Assembly: GCA_965276615.1 (NCBI GenBank)
Contig: OZ255618.1
Location: 2,598,333 to 2,662,332, forward strand
DNA: 64,000 nucleotides
Source: Acidobacteriaceae bacterium
Lineage (GTDB): Bacteria > Acidobacteriota > Terriglobia > Terriglobales > Acidobacteriaceae
Reading direction: 5' to 3'
Made by a program: the position numbers and the translations under genes. Under the pieces are notes generated by a model. It ran no database searches, was not told where the DNA came from, and saw nothing but the letters and a program-made list of their open reading frames with translations. Below, piece after piece: positions 9,252 to 18,969 of this stretch; position 1 is the stretch's first letter; the number at the start of each line of letters is the position of its first letter.

Positions 9252-11546
9252 ATGAGCAAAAGAAGTGAACTCGAACCGATCTCGCCGGGAAGTATTGTTC
9301 CCTCGATCTTTTTAGCAACCCGACGGAAGCGAGTAAGACCTGCCGCCGGCAGTCTGGTTTGCGTCCTTGCGGTCCTTTGCTTTGCAATGGTTCCCGGCAA
9401 AGCAAAGGCGCAGCAGTGGAAATCCGGCCAGGGCTCTCCGGTGCACGATTCGGACCGCCTGATTCCGTTGAGCGGCAAGAGTGTCTCGATCGAAGACGAG
9501 GATGTTCGTCTGTCGTTCGATCGAGCCTCCGGAGCGTTGATCGAGTTTCTCTCGAAAAAAACCGGCTGGAAGCTCCAGGCGAAACCCGAGCTGGCGGAGT
9601 CCTTTTGTCTTTTCGCGCCAACAGCGGACCGTTCTTACAATCCCGTTCTCGGCGCGCGCAACATGGCGGCCTCAGTAACGAAATCGTCGGATGGCCGCAG
9701 CCTGACCATCGTTTGGCGTAATCTTGAGAGTGAATACACCGGCAGGTTGGACATTGAGCTGACGGGCAAGGTTACGCTCCAGGGTGACAAGGCCTCGTTC
9801 AACATGGAGGTCGTCAACCACTCCAAATACACAGTCGCGACGGTCGAATGGCCGGTCATTGGAGATCTCTCCACGCCGTCGGCCTCCGATTCCCTGAAAC
9901 GGCTCGGTTTTGGCTATGGAACTGGAAATGAGACGGATCTTTCCCCGCGTTTCAACAACGACCATGGCTACTATGGCACCAACTATCCCATGCAACTGGC
10001 GGAGGGCCGCTATTCCATTGTCCTGGCGAAGTCTCAGGGACTTTATATAGGCACGCACGATACAACTTCCAAAGAGATCACGCGCTATCTCTACGAGTTG
10101 AAGCCGGGTTACGGCGACTCCTTCGATGGCCATATACCGCTGGAGACGAGGATCAGTGGACATCCTGTGCGGATTTCCGCCGGGGTGGAACACTATCCAT
10201 TCGCTGCGCCCAGTGAAAGCTTTCGATTGTCTACCATCGTCCTCAGCCCGTTTCAGGGGGATTGGCATCACGGCGTCGATGTCTATCGCAAGTGGCATGA
10301 TACCTGGTTCCGTCGTCCGATCACTCCAGCCTGGGCGCAAGGTGTGCATTCATGGCAGCAAATCCAGATCAACTCCGCCGAAGACGATCTGCGCACGCAG
10401 TACAGCGACCTGCCGCGGCGCGCGGAAGAGGCGGCGAAAAATGGAATCAGCGCGATTCAACTTGTGGGATGGAACCATGGCGGCCAGGACCGCGGCAATC
10501 CTTCGCACGACACCGACCCTCGCTTGGGAAGTTATCAGGACCTGAAAGATGCAATCGCCAAAATTGAGAAGATGGGCGTGCATGTCATTCTTTTCAATAA
10601 GTACACCTGGGCCGACACCAGCACTCCCCAGTACAAGTCGGAGTTGCATAAGCACATGGCGGTGGACCCTAACGGCGTAACGTACATCTATCACGGCTAC
10701 GAGTATCAAACACCGGAGCAGCTTGCCGACATCAATACGCGCCGGCTGGCCGTCGCCTGCCTGAATGACAAGTACTGGCTCGATCTCTCAGCAACGGAAT
10801 TCAAGAAGAGCATCGACCTAGGCGCCAGTGGAATTCTGTATGACGAGGTCCAGCACCACGGCGGCGCGAACTATTGTTTTTCACCGAATCATGGACATCG
10901 CGTGCCTACGACATTGTGGTCGGGAGACGCAAAGCTGGGCAGCATGTTTCGCGGGATTGTCCGTGACAGTGTAGGAGAAAATAACTTCCTGATGTCGGGC
11001 GAAGCGGCCTACGATCTGGAGACGCTCAATTACTCGCTGATCTACTTTCGCATTTCGCCGGGACATATTCCGCTGGAACGCTATGGAGATCCTTCGCTGC
11101 CCATCATGATCGCCGTTACTGGGTTCAATGACCGTGGGATGATCAACGAGGCGTTGCGCTATCGCTACATCCTGAGCTACGAGCCCTTCAACTTCAAAGG
11201 GAATCTTGACGATTTTCCGCTGACACTGGCCTATGGAAAAAAGATGGATGCGCTGCGCAAGCAGTATCACGAATACCTGTGGGATGCGGAGTTCCGCGAC
11301 AATCAGGATGCGGCCGTGACGGTGGCCGGCAAGAGCTATGCCGAATACTCCGTTTTCCGGCGGGCGAACGGCAAGCGCGCGGTCGTTGTTGTGAATACGA
11401 CGAAGGCGCCGCTCGCCGCGCACATCGTTCTTCCACACGGAAGCGGTCGTCTGGTCTGGGTAAGTCCCGAGGCTCCGAAGTCGCACGCTTCCACGGGAAT
11501 CGTACAGGTGCCTGTAGGGTCCGCCGTTGTGGTGATGGAGCGTTAA
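9252..11546 (+). CDS. Secreted uncharacterised glycoside-hydrolase-like protein
   Basis: 764 aa with an N-terminal signal-like segment LVCVLAVLCFAMVPGKAKAQQ. The C-terminal half is paralogous to ORF 1-1173. Confidence 0.65.
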   Translation: MSKRSELEPISPGSIVPSIFLATRRKRVRPAAGSLVCVLAVLCFAMVPGKAKAQQWKSGQGSPVHDSDRLIPLSGKSVSIEDEDVRLSFDRASGALIEFLSKKTGWKLQAKPELAESFCLFAPTADRSYNPVLGARNMAASVTKSSDGRSLTIVWRNLESEYTGRLDIELTGKVTLQGDKASFNMEVVNHSKYTVATVEWPVIGDLSTPSASDSLKRLGFGYGTGNETDLSPRFNNDHGYYGTNYPMQLAEGRYSIVLAKSQGLYIGTHDTTSKEITRYLYELKPGYGDSFDGHIPLETRISGHPVRISAGVEHYPFAAPSESFRLSTIVLSPFQGDWHHGVDVYRKWHDTWFRRPITPAWAQGVHSWQQIQINSAEDDLRTQYSDLPRRAEEAAKNGISAIQLVGWNHGGQDRGNPSHDTDPRLGSYQDLKDAIAKIEKMGVHVILFNKYTWADTSTPQYKSELHKHMAVDPNGVTYIYHGYEYQTPEQLADINTRRLAVACLNDKYWLDLSATEFKKSIDLGASGILYDEVQHHGGANYCFSPNHGHRVPTTLWSGDAKLGSMFRGIVRDSVGENNFLMSGEAAYDLETLNYSLIYFRISPGHIPLERYGDPSLPIMIAVTGFNDRGMINEALRYRYILSYEPFNFKGNLDDFPLTLAYGKKMDALRKQYHEYLWDAEFRDNQDAAVTVAGKSYAEYSVFRRANGKRAVVVVNTTKAPLAAHIVLPHGSGRLVWVSPEAPKSHASTGIVQVPVGSAVVVMER

Positions 11547-11606
11547 ACTGAGTGATTATCCTTCGACAAAACTGGAGGGTTTTCCTGTCAATTTTGGAGG
11601 ATGATT

Positions 11607-11666
11607 ATGGCTCCCAATGTGGAATGTCAACATGAATCATTAAGCAAAGAGAAAGCGAAAGGATGA
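11607..11666 (+). CDS. Possible 19-codon leader ORF (MAPNVECQHESLSKEKAKG) upstream of the TBDR
   Basis: GGAGG lies 6 nt upstream of the ATG, and the SD region 11594-11603 is complementary to 11677-11686. There is no homology evidence. Confidence 0.2.
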   Translation: MAPNVECQHESLSKEKAKG

Positions 11667-11798
11667 TGCTGCGCTCCATCCTCCAATCGGGATACACAGA
11701 CCGTTTCGCCGGTAGGCAGCTTCATCCCAGCGCGAGATTCGGATATTGATTGCGAAGCGGTAGAAGGGCTAAGAACCCCAATTCGAAGGAGAGTCTTC

Positions 11799-14700
11799 GT
11801 GAAGAGATCAATCGCTTTACTTTGCATGGCCTTCTTTGTATTTGTCCATTCCAGCCGCGCACAGACGAATACCGCCTCTGTCGCTGGGGAAGTGACGGAT
11901 GCCCAGGGAGCGGCGGTGGCCGGTGTCGCCGTTACGGCAACCGAGAACGCCACCGGAGTGAAGTTTCCGGGAAAGACGAACAGCGACGGTTATTACTCCT
12001 TGACCAATCTTCCCATCGGGAGCTACTCGGTAGAGGTCGAGGCTCCGGGCTTTGTGCGATATGTGCGAAATGCGGTCACGCTCACGACAAGCCAGTCCCT
12101 GGAACTGAACATCCCGCTGACGGTCGGCGCGGTTTCGCAATCCGTCGAAGTTACTTCCGGGTCGCCGCTGGTACAGGCGCGCACCTCCGGTGTCAACCAG
12201 CTGATCGAATCCAAGAGTGTCTCCGATCTTCCTCTCGGAAACCGCCGGACCATGAACATCGTCCAGACCCTCGGCGCGGCCGTCTTTGTCTCCGATGCAC
12301 CCAATAGCCAGCCGGTCTATTCCCTGGCGGGAGGTCGGCTCCAGAGTCAGATGACATTCCTCGATGGCGCCCTGAGCCAGAACCTCCGTTTAGGCGCGGG
12401 GCAGCAAAGTATCGATCCCCCCGTGGACACGATTCAGGAGATTGAGGTCATGTCCACGAATTATCCTGCGCAGTACGGGGCGAACGCGGGTGGGGTTGTC
12501 ATTGAAACCACGAAATCCGGCACAAATCTTCTTCATGGCAGTCTTTATGAATTTCTAAGGAATGACGCCGCGGACGCTCCTGGATACTTCGCGCCTCTTC
12601 TTCCCAACGGAAAAAAACTGAAGCCGGAACTCAGATACTCCGTCTTCGGAGGAACGCTGGGCGGCGCGATCAAGCACGACAAGACGTTTTTCTTTGTCGG
12701 CTATGAAGGGCAGCGCAGGAACTCCGGCTCCACCACGACTCTTACCGTTCCCACGGTAGCGGAGCGGAGCGGGGACTTCTCCGCGTTGCTCGGAACCACT
12801 GCCCTGGGCGTGAATCCTTGCGATGGGTCGAAGATCTACGCCGGTCAAATCTTCGATCCATCCACAACGCGCGTCGTGGGGAAAACGACCTGCCGCACGG
12901 CTTTCCCCGGCAATAAGATATCTTCCGCGAGCATGGACGCCGTAGGGGCCAAAGTGATCCCCTACTTTCCTCTTCCGAACCAGGCCGGCAACGCCGCCGG
13001 CGCCAACAATTTTAGTGGAAACGCCGTCAGCTTTCTGACCGGCGACTTTGTCCTTGCGAAGATCGACCACGTCCTGACCTCCAAGGACCATCTCACCGGC
13101 CGTTACATGTTTTACCGCGCCAATACCACGGATTCAACGGTCTATCCGCTATCGGGCGGAGGGGACCCCATCAACTTTCTCTACCCTCACACCAACCTTT
13201 GGTATGCATCGTGGACGCGCGTGATCAGCTCGAACAAGGTCAACAACTTTGGGTTCGCCTATTATCAACGCGTCGCCAATCAATTCACTCCAACTTTCAA
13301 CAAAAATTATCCGCAGAAGATCGGGCTGACGGGCGTCCCGCAAACCGCCTTTCCTCAGTTTGTAGTCGCGGGTTTCAGCAATCTGGGATCGGGCTCGCAG
13401 GGGGCGAGCACGTTCGGCCAGGTGTCCCTGGCAGGTCCGCTCCGGCAGTTGCAATATCTGGACGACTTCTCCTGGAGTCTGGGGCGGCACGATATCAAAT
13501 TCGGTGGCGAAGTTCGGTCGGCGCGATTCGTCAATTTGAGCCAACCGAATGCATCCGGCGCCTTTACCTTTCCTACCCAGCCGACCGGGCTGCCGGGTTA
13601 TACAACCACCGGTAACGGGCTCGCTTCCCTGCAGGTGGGCTTTCCAACGGCGTTTCTCTTAACGGCGCAAGAACTTGTTGACCGCAGAAGCACCTATTTC
13701 GCCGGATATATTCAGGACGACTGGGCCGCAATGCCGCAGCTCATCTTGAACCTGGGATTGCGATATGAGGTGGACACGCCGATGTATGATGCGAACAATC
13801 GGCTGAATGGCTTTGATTCCACGCAGATCAATCCGGTCTCCGGAACGCCCGGCGTCGTGAAATTCGCCGGGGTCAATGGCTATCCGGTGCATGCGTGGGT
13901 GAACGACCTGAATAATTTTGCTCCGCGAGTGGGTTTTGCGCTGAAACCTTTCAATTCGGAATCCACCGTGGTCCGTGGCGGCTTTGGCGTCTACTTCGGG
14001 CCGCCGCTGGACAATACCACGCAGAGCTCGGCCGCCCTCGGATTTACCCTGCAGGCCGCCCTCAACAGTCCGGATAATGGAATCACAGCGCCCTTTTATC
14101 TGAGAAATGGGGTGCCGGTCTCACCCATCCCGCCGGTGTTGAACGATTCCTTCGGGGCCGTTCCGGTTGGAAAGAATCCAAACACCGCCGTCAGCTATTT
14201 CGACCGGAACAGGAAAAATGAATACAGCTACCAGTTCAACCTGACGGTCGAACATCAATTCGGTTCTTCGACGGTCGTTCAATTGAGTGGAATCGGGAAC
14301 CTGGGTCGCAAGCTTTCCGGTCTCCCCGAGAACATCAACCAGATTTCCCCATCCATCCTCGGTCCTCTGCATCAGTCCCAGGCAGACCGGCCATTTCCGC
14401 AGTTCAGCCAGGTCACCATCATCTCTCCGACCAACGGCACCAGCGCGTACGAGGCTGTGGTGGCGCGTTTCGAACGGCGGTTTTCCCGAGGGCTCAATCT
14501 GGTGAGCACGTACACACAATCCAAATGGCTGAGTGACACCAACGACTTCTGGTCTGATCCTGCTCCCTACTCCAACTACTACAATCGGCGGGCGGATTAC
14601 GGTCCAGTCGAGAACGATATCGAGAAGCGGTTCACCTTCAACGCGGTTTACGAGTTGCCATTCGGTCGGGGGCGGGAATGGCTGAACAAAGGCGTGCTGG

Positions 14701-15161
14701 GAGCGGTTATTGGCGGTTGGTCTGTTGGAAATATCACGACCGTGCAATCCGGCGGAGCGCTGACCCCTACTACGAACACGAACAATACCAACGCTTTCTC
14801 TTCCGGACCGCAGCGTCCGAATGTGGCTGGCAACGCGAATCTGTCCAGAGGACAGCGATCGATCTCCCGCTGGTTCGCAACCAATCTATTCTCGCAACCC
14901 GCGACATTTACCTTCGGCAATGCAGGCAGAGGCAGTCTTCGAACACCCGGTTATGTCGACCTGGATTTCTCGCTCCTTCGCACCATACAGATCAAAGAAC
15001 GGTTGAACCTTCAACTGCGCGCGGACGGCTTCAATGCCCTGAACCACACCAACCTCGGTACTCCAGGCACCGTATTCGGAACCCCGAATTTCGGAGTCAT
15101 TGGCTCAATCCGGGGGGATTCTCAACGTGAATTGGACGTCAGCGCCAGAATCGTGTTCTAA
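11799..15161 (+). CDS. TonB-dependent receptor with N-terminal carboxypeptidase-regulatory-like domain
   Basis: Signal peptide, then ASVAGEVTDAQGAAVAGVAVTATENATG (CarboxypepD_reg-like), a plug and barrel, and a C-terminal aromatic residue (RIVF). GTG start with GGAGAG upstream. Confidence 0.85.
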   Translation: MKRSIALLCMAFFVFVHSSRAQTNTASVAGEVTDAQGAAVAGVAVTATENATGVKFPGKTNSDGYYSLTNLPIGSYSVEVEAPGFVRYVRNAVTLTTSQSLELNIPLTVGAVSQSVEVTSGSPLVQARTSGVNQLIESKSVSDLPLGNRRTMNIVQTLGAAVFVSDAPNSQPVYSLAGGRLQSQMTFLDGALSQNLRLGAGQQSIDPPVDTIQEIEVMSTNYPAQYGANAGGVVIETTKSGTNLLHGSLYEFLRNDAADAPGYFAPLLPNGKKLKPELRYSVFGGTLGGAIKHDKTFFFVGYEGQRRNSGSTTTLTVPTVAERSGDFSALLGTTALGVNPCDGSKIYAGQIFDPSTTRVVGKTTCRTAFPGNKISSASMDAVGAKVIPYFPLPNQAGNAAGANNFSGNAVSFLTGDFVLAKIDHVLTSKDHLTGRYMFYRANTTDSTVYPLSGGGDPINFLYPHTNLWYASWTRVISSNKVNNFGFAYYQRVANQFTPTFNKNYPQKIGLTGVPQTAFPQFVVAGFSNLGSGSQGASTFGQVSLAGPLRQLQYLDDFSWSLGRHDIKFGGEVRSARFVNLSQPNASGAFTFPTQPTGLPGYTTTGNGLASLQVGFPTAFLLTAQELVDRRSTYFAGYIQDDWAAMPQLILNLGLRYEVDTPMYDANNRLNGFDSTQINPVSGTPGVVKFAGVNGYPVHAWVNDLNNFAPRVGFALKPFNSESTVVRGGFGVYFGPPLDNTTQSSAALGFTLQAALNSPDNGITAPFYLRNGVPVSPIPPVLNDSFGAVPVGKNPNTAVSYFDRNRKNEYSYQFNLTVEHQFGSSTVVQLSGIGNLGRKLSGLPENINQISPSILGPLHQSQADRPFPQFSQVTIISPTNGTSAYEAVVARFERRFSRGLNLVSTYTQSKWLSDTNDFWSDPAPYSNYYNRRADYGPVENDIEKRFTFNAVYELPFGRGREWLNKGVLGAVIGGWSVGNITTVQSGGALTPTTNTNNTNAFSSGPQRPNVAGNANLSRGQRSISRWFATNLFSQPATFTFGNAGRGSLRTPGYVDLDFSLLRTIQIKERLNLQLRADGFNALNHTNLGTPGTVFGTPNFGVIGSIRGDSQRELDVSARIVF

Positions 15162-15380
15162 CCTGATAGGTCCTTTTGCCAGGGCCGGCACGCTCGAATT
15201 TCCGGTGTGAAGCGAGATGCGCCTGTGCTTACGAGATGGCACGGACCCGAACACGACAACGTTGGACCTAATACTTGAGCGGATTCATAGCTACGCATTA
15301 AAGGGAAGATACGAGGGCGAGCGCTTGATCGCCTGTCATTGTCACCTTGATCGTAACGGTCTTTTCCTGCACATCGGCTC

Positions 15381-15797
15381 TTAAATATCCGACGCCCAAT
15401 TCACTGAGGCGTGAAGATCATCCACCTGCTCGAACGCTTTGTCGTTCGTTACAAGAACGGCACCGGTTGTCACTGCATGGGCGGCGATCATCATATCCAT
15501 GTTTCCGAGTGACATTCCGGAGGCCTCCAGCTTCGCACGCAAGATACCGTATGCCTGGGCCTCGTCTCGGCCCCAAGGCAAGATGCGGATGCCGGCGAGA
15601 AAGCCGTCCATCAACACTTTCAGGGCGGTGGCTTCGGGCCTCTTGGCGAGGCCGTACCGGATTTCAGCCTCGGTGATCGCGGAGATACAGCCGATCTCGT
15701 CGTCTTTCAATCCAAGCAACCGGGTTCGGGCGGCAGAGGACCGGCTTCGGACAATATAGCTGACCATGTTGGTGTCAAGCATGTAGAGGAAAGTCAT
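15381..15797 (-). CDS. vapC: VapC PIN-domain toxin
   Basis: YMLDTNMVSY N-terminal acidic motif, 138 aa. Its ATG overlaps the vapB stop (ATGA). Confidence 0.85.
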   Translation of the reverse strand: MTFLYMLDTNMVSYIVRSRSSAARTRLLGLKDDEIGCISAITEAEIRYGLAKRPEATALKVLMDGFLAGIRILPWGRDEAQAYGILRAKLEASGMSLGNMDMMIAAHAVTTGAVLVTNDKAFEQVDDLHASVNWASDI

Positions 15798-16048
15798 ATC
15801 TCAGAGCGGTCCTGGGGTGGACCTTGCGCCCTGTCAGATGGGGTGAGAAAGTCGTCTGGAACGCCCAATTTATCGAGCGCGGCAAAGATATCCGCCAAAC
15901 TGCCCGGACCTTGTGAAAGAATCAGGTCGCCGTTTTTCGGATCGCGCCGTATGTAAACTTCGTTGCTGGAGAAGCGGAACTCCGCCGGGATACGAACGGC
16001 CTGACTCCTTCCGCTCATAAAGACTTTGGCTTTTTCAAGTTGTGCCAT
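15794..16048 (-). CDS. vapB: VapB antitoxin (AbrB/SpoVT-MazE fold)
   Basis: MAQLEKAKVFMSGRSQAVRIPAEFRF is a typical swapped-hairpin antitoxin N-terminus. The start was reset to ATG 16048, which has GAGGGA 6 nt upstream. Confidence 0.85.
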   Translation of the reverse strand: MAQLEKAKVFMSGRSQAVRIPAEFRFSSNEVYIRRDPKNGDLILSQGPGSLADIFAALDKLGVPDDFLTPSDRAQGPPQDRSEI

Positions 16049-16050
16049 CA

Positions 16051-16092
16051 CATTCCCTCTGCTATATAACATGCTATATAGCAGAGGGAATG
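16051..16092. promoter_or_regulatory. Perfect 18-bp inverted repeat (6-nt spacer); probable vapBC operator/promoter
   Basis: CATTCCCTCTGCTATATA-acatgc-TATATAGCAGAGGGAATG. The proximal arm contains the vapB SD, each arm carries a TATATA box, and a TTGACA hexamer (minus strand, 16096-16091) abuts the distal arm. Confidence 0.7.
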
Positions 16093-16149
16093 TCAAGCAT
16101 ATATCAGGCCAAGCCAGATCGCTCCATGAGAGAAGTTGATTGAGGCGGT

Positions 16150-16175
16150 GAGGGCCGTGGCTACGCACGGCCCTC
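16150..16175 (-). terminator. Stem-loop downstream of the GH27 gene
   Basis: GAGGGCCGTG-gctacg-CACGGCCCTC, a perfect 10-bp stem 36 nt after the stop. It has no U-tract. Confidence 0.4.
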
Positions 16176-16210
16176 TGCTGTCTGGAGTGCGCGGTTGTGA
16201 CGGAGTATTG

Positions 16211-18769
16211 CTATTGGACCTGATCGCTTGCGGTAATGGTGCTTACCGCGGCGCCATTATTTGCGGAGATTACAATGTTGACGGCGAAGCGGGCATCATC
16301 GAAGCAGCGGGAGAAGTCGATGGGAACCCATACCGATGCGTTCGAGGATGGTGCGATGTGGCCTATGTCGATCGGCAAAGGCCGCTCGATGCGAGGCGTG
16401 CATGCGTAATCGCCCGCGGTCTGGCTAAGAGCGAAGCTATTGACGCGCACTCGCCGCGCCGCGCCGGCTCCGGTGTTGGTCAGGGTCAGTTTCCAGATAC
16501 GTTCACCCTCTCTGCCGCGCTTGCGTGTGATCTCTCCGGTCAGGTCGGGGGAAGCTACTGGCGGAGCGATCACGATGCGATCGAGACCGGGCGCGTATCC
16601 GGTCGGATTGCCAATTTGGATCGTGTTCGTGCCCGCGTTGAGCTGGACCGGGAGGACGATGGGAACAGGATCGTTAAAGCTGCTGCCGTTCAGGTCGAGC
16701 TCAATGGGAGTGCCACCATTGATGGTGACAAAGTAAGAGCGCGGGCCGCTGGTGGCGTAGTCGATCTCAAGCTGGTAGGTCCCAGCCGTGGGAACGTTGA
16801 CGTTGGAGAAGGTGACGTTGTCATTGGCGGCTCCGCCGATGTAGCCCGCCTCCGCGAGGCCTGAAAAATAATTGTTGTAGACCGGCTTCACCGTGCCGCT
16901 GAGCGTGGCTACCTCCGCCTCGTACGTAGACGCGGATGGCAGAGGGGCATTTCCGTTGCCGCTGATCACGATGCGGTCGAGATCCGGCGCATAGCTGGTG
17001 GGATTGCCGAACTGGATGGAGTTGACGCCCGCTTGCAGCCGCACGGGAACTGTTGTGCTGGAGGGCAGAAAAAAGCTTCCTCCACCGGAGTTGAGCGTCT
17101 GGAAGGGACCTCCATTGACGCTGTAAAGAAAGGACCGCAGCCCCTCCGTCATGGAGTCGACTTGCATCAGGTAGACGCCGTCTTTTGGTACCTGGACGTT
17201 GTTGAAGGTTACGGTATTGTTGGCGCCGAGGCTCAGGCCGCCCACCTTGGCTCCGCCGGAGCAGTGGACGCAACTGGCGATCACGGCAGTCCCGTTGAGC
17301 GTGGCTGATTCCGCCTCATAGCTGGCGGAGGGAGACGGACGGGCGTGGCCGCGCGCGGTTACCTTCAGCAGGCGCGATCCGTGGCCCATAAGCACGGTCG
17401 AAAACCCATGCGGAAACGGGCCGAGATCGATGTGATTCCATAGGTCGCGGACCTGGGGCGCATCGCTGAAGCCAAGGATATTCCAGGGTAGCGTGACGGC
17501 GGACGCGGTTGCGTTCATGTTGAAGAGCGCGACGTAGTAGGTTCCATTTCCCAGGTCGGTGACCCATACGGGTAAATCGCCGCCCAGGACCTGCTTCGCC
17601 GGTATTCCGGACTGGTTGACGGCGAGGACTTCGTCATTGGTGGCGAGCTGCTTGCCGGTATCGTCGATTTTGGTCAGGTCGCCGCCGAGATACATGGGCG
17701 CATTGCCCATGGCCCAGAGAGTGACGGCGGATTGCTTTTCCTCATCAGAAAGGCCATCGAGAGTGCCATCGCCGATATCGAGCGTGTCCAGATCGTTCCA
17801 TCCCAGGGCGGGGCTGGCGGCGTTCTCCCAGCCGGGCAGGTCGCGAAATCGCGCGTAGATTCGAGGCCAGTTGGTCAGCGTGGCGCAGCGGCCTTCACAT
17901 TCGATGTCCTCATCGATGCGCCGGGCATTGGCGTACTGCTGCCAGACACTCAGGTAGTCCTCGTCAAGCGCCCAGGAAATCGTAAGCCACATGGGGCGGC
18001 CGCTCTGCGCGATCGCTTTCGACCATGCTGCCACGTCGGGCCGGTTGTCGACTACGAGATTGTCGAGATCGGAGCCGGGCGTCACGCCGTCGAGCTTGAT
18101 GAAATCGAAGCCCCACGAGGCGAACAGGGCGACGACGGAGTTCATGTACTCCTGCGCGCCGGGCTTGGTGAAGTCGATCTTGTAATGGTAGGGCGAGGTG
18201 GTGCCCCGGCGGCCGAAGGCGTTGCCTGCGGTGTAGGGCACGACGAGGATGTCCTGAATATGGTACGGCGTCCCCAGAATCGGTGAGTTCGCGACCACAG
18301 CCGGTTGCTCGACACCGGGAATCCAGTAGATGCCGGCCTTTTGGCCGTTCTGATGAATGTGATCGACCAGGGCTGCAATATCAGGAAAGGTCGTCGAGTT
18401 TGGGATGGGCCGACCGTTCGCGTCGAAGCTGCCCTGCCAGCCTGAGTCGATATTGATGTAGTTGAATCCGTGCGCCTCGAGCCCGGAGGAGGCCAGTGCA
18501 TCGGATTGCGCGGAGACATTGGCCTGGGTCAGGAACTTGGAGTTAATGGTTTGCTCGCTGAAGGTGCTCCAGCCGAGGTAGGGTTTTTGGCCAACTCCAT
18601 TCACCTGCGCGTTTGCCCATGACGGCAAAACAAGCCAGCTGCCTGCGGCCAGGGAGAAAAGGAGCAGGAACTGGAAAGCAGGTCTGCCGGATAAGCGCTG
18701 GCGCAGGGAGGATAGGGACTTGTCTGCGCGCGGTCTTATAACGCTGTGATGGAATGCAGGGATGGTCAT
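16211..18769 (-). CDS. Secreted GH27-family alpha-galactosidase-like enzyme with two CBM6/35-like modules and a C-terminal beta-sandwich-like domain
   Basis: Melibiase-like YINIDSGWQG and FIKLDG motifs. There are two tandem modules of about 130 aa, beginning ASYEAESATLNGTA and STYEAEVATLSGTV. It has a signal peptide and GGAGG 8 nt upstream. Confidence 0.75.
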   Translation of the reverse strand: MTIPAFHHSVIRPRADKSLSSLRQRLSGRPAFQFLLLFSLAAGSWLVLPSWANAQVNGVGQKPYLGWSTFSEQTINSKFLTQANVSAQSDALASSGLEAHGFNYINIDSGWQGSFDANGRPIPNSTTFPDIAALVDHIHQNGQKAGIYWIPGVEQPAVVANSPILGTPYHIQDILVVPYTAGNAFGRRGTTSPYHYKIDFTKPGAQEYMNSVVALFASWGFDFIKLDGVTPGSDLDNLVVDNRPDVAAWSKAIAQSGRPMWLTISWALDEDYLSVWQQYANARRIDEDIECEGRCATLTNWPRIYARFRDLPGWENAASPALGWNDLDTLDIGDGTLDGLSDEEKQSAVTLWAMGNAPMYLGGDLTKIDDTGKQLATNDEVLAVNQSGIPAKQVLGGDLPVWVTDLGNGTYYVALFNMNATASAVTLPWNILGFSDAPQVRDLWNHIDLGPFPHGFSTVLMGHGSRLLKVTARGHARPSPSASYEAESATLNGTAVIASCVHCSGGAKVGGLSLGANNTVTFNNVQVPKDGVYLMQVDSMTEGLRSFLYSVNGGPFQTLNSGGGSFFLPSSTTVPVRLQAGVNSIQFGNPTSYAPDLDRIVISGNGNAPLPSASTYEAEVATLSGTVKPVYNNYFSGLAEAGYIGGAANDNVTFSNVNVPTAGTYQLEIDYATSGPRSYFVTINGGTPIELDLNGSSFNDPVPIVLPVQLNAGTNTIQIGNPTGYAPGLDRIVIAPPVASPDLTGEITRKRGREGERIWKLTLTNTGAGAARRVRVNSFALSQTAGDYACTPRIERPLPIDIGHIAPSSNASVWVPIDFSRCFDDARFAVNIVISANNGAAVSTITASDQVQ

Positions 18770-18809
18770 GGCACGGGCCTCCGTATTGGGAGAGCTGTAT
18801 CCGTCATCC

Positions 18810-18850
18810 GGTTCGTGAACGGGGGTTGTAAGCGGGAACGTTCACGAACC
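18810..18850. promoter_or_regulatory. Perfect 12-bp inverted repeat GGTTCGTGAACG-N17-CGTTCACGAACC in a divergent promoter region
   Basis: Read directly from the sequence. It lies between the GH27 start (18769) and the DUF5107 start (18976). Confidence 0.4.
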
Positions 18851-18957
18851 AAGAGTAAGACATGCTCCAGGCAGAGCGAATCTTATAATTGCTTCTTTCC
18901 AGTTGTCAAGGAACAAGAGAAGGAGGGGAAAGGTATTGCCAAATCTGTCTCGGGCAC

Positions 18958-18969
18958 GGTAACGTAAAC
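18958..18969. promoter_or_regulatory. LacI-type operator copy A (GGTAACGTAAAC)
   Basis: The same 12-mer occurs at 35126-35137, and 27289-27300 carries a near-identical copy in the opposite orientation. It is a near-palindrome of GTTAACGTTAAC with a central CG. Confidence 0.55.
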
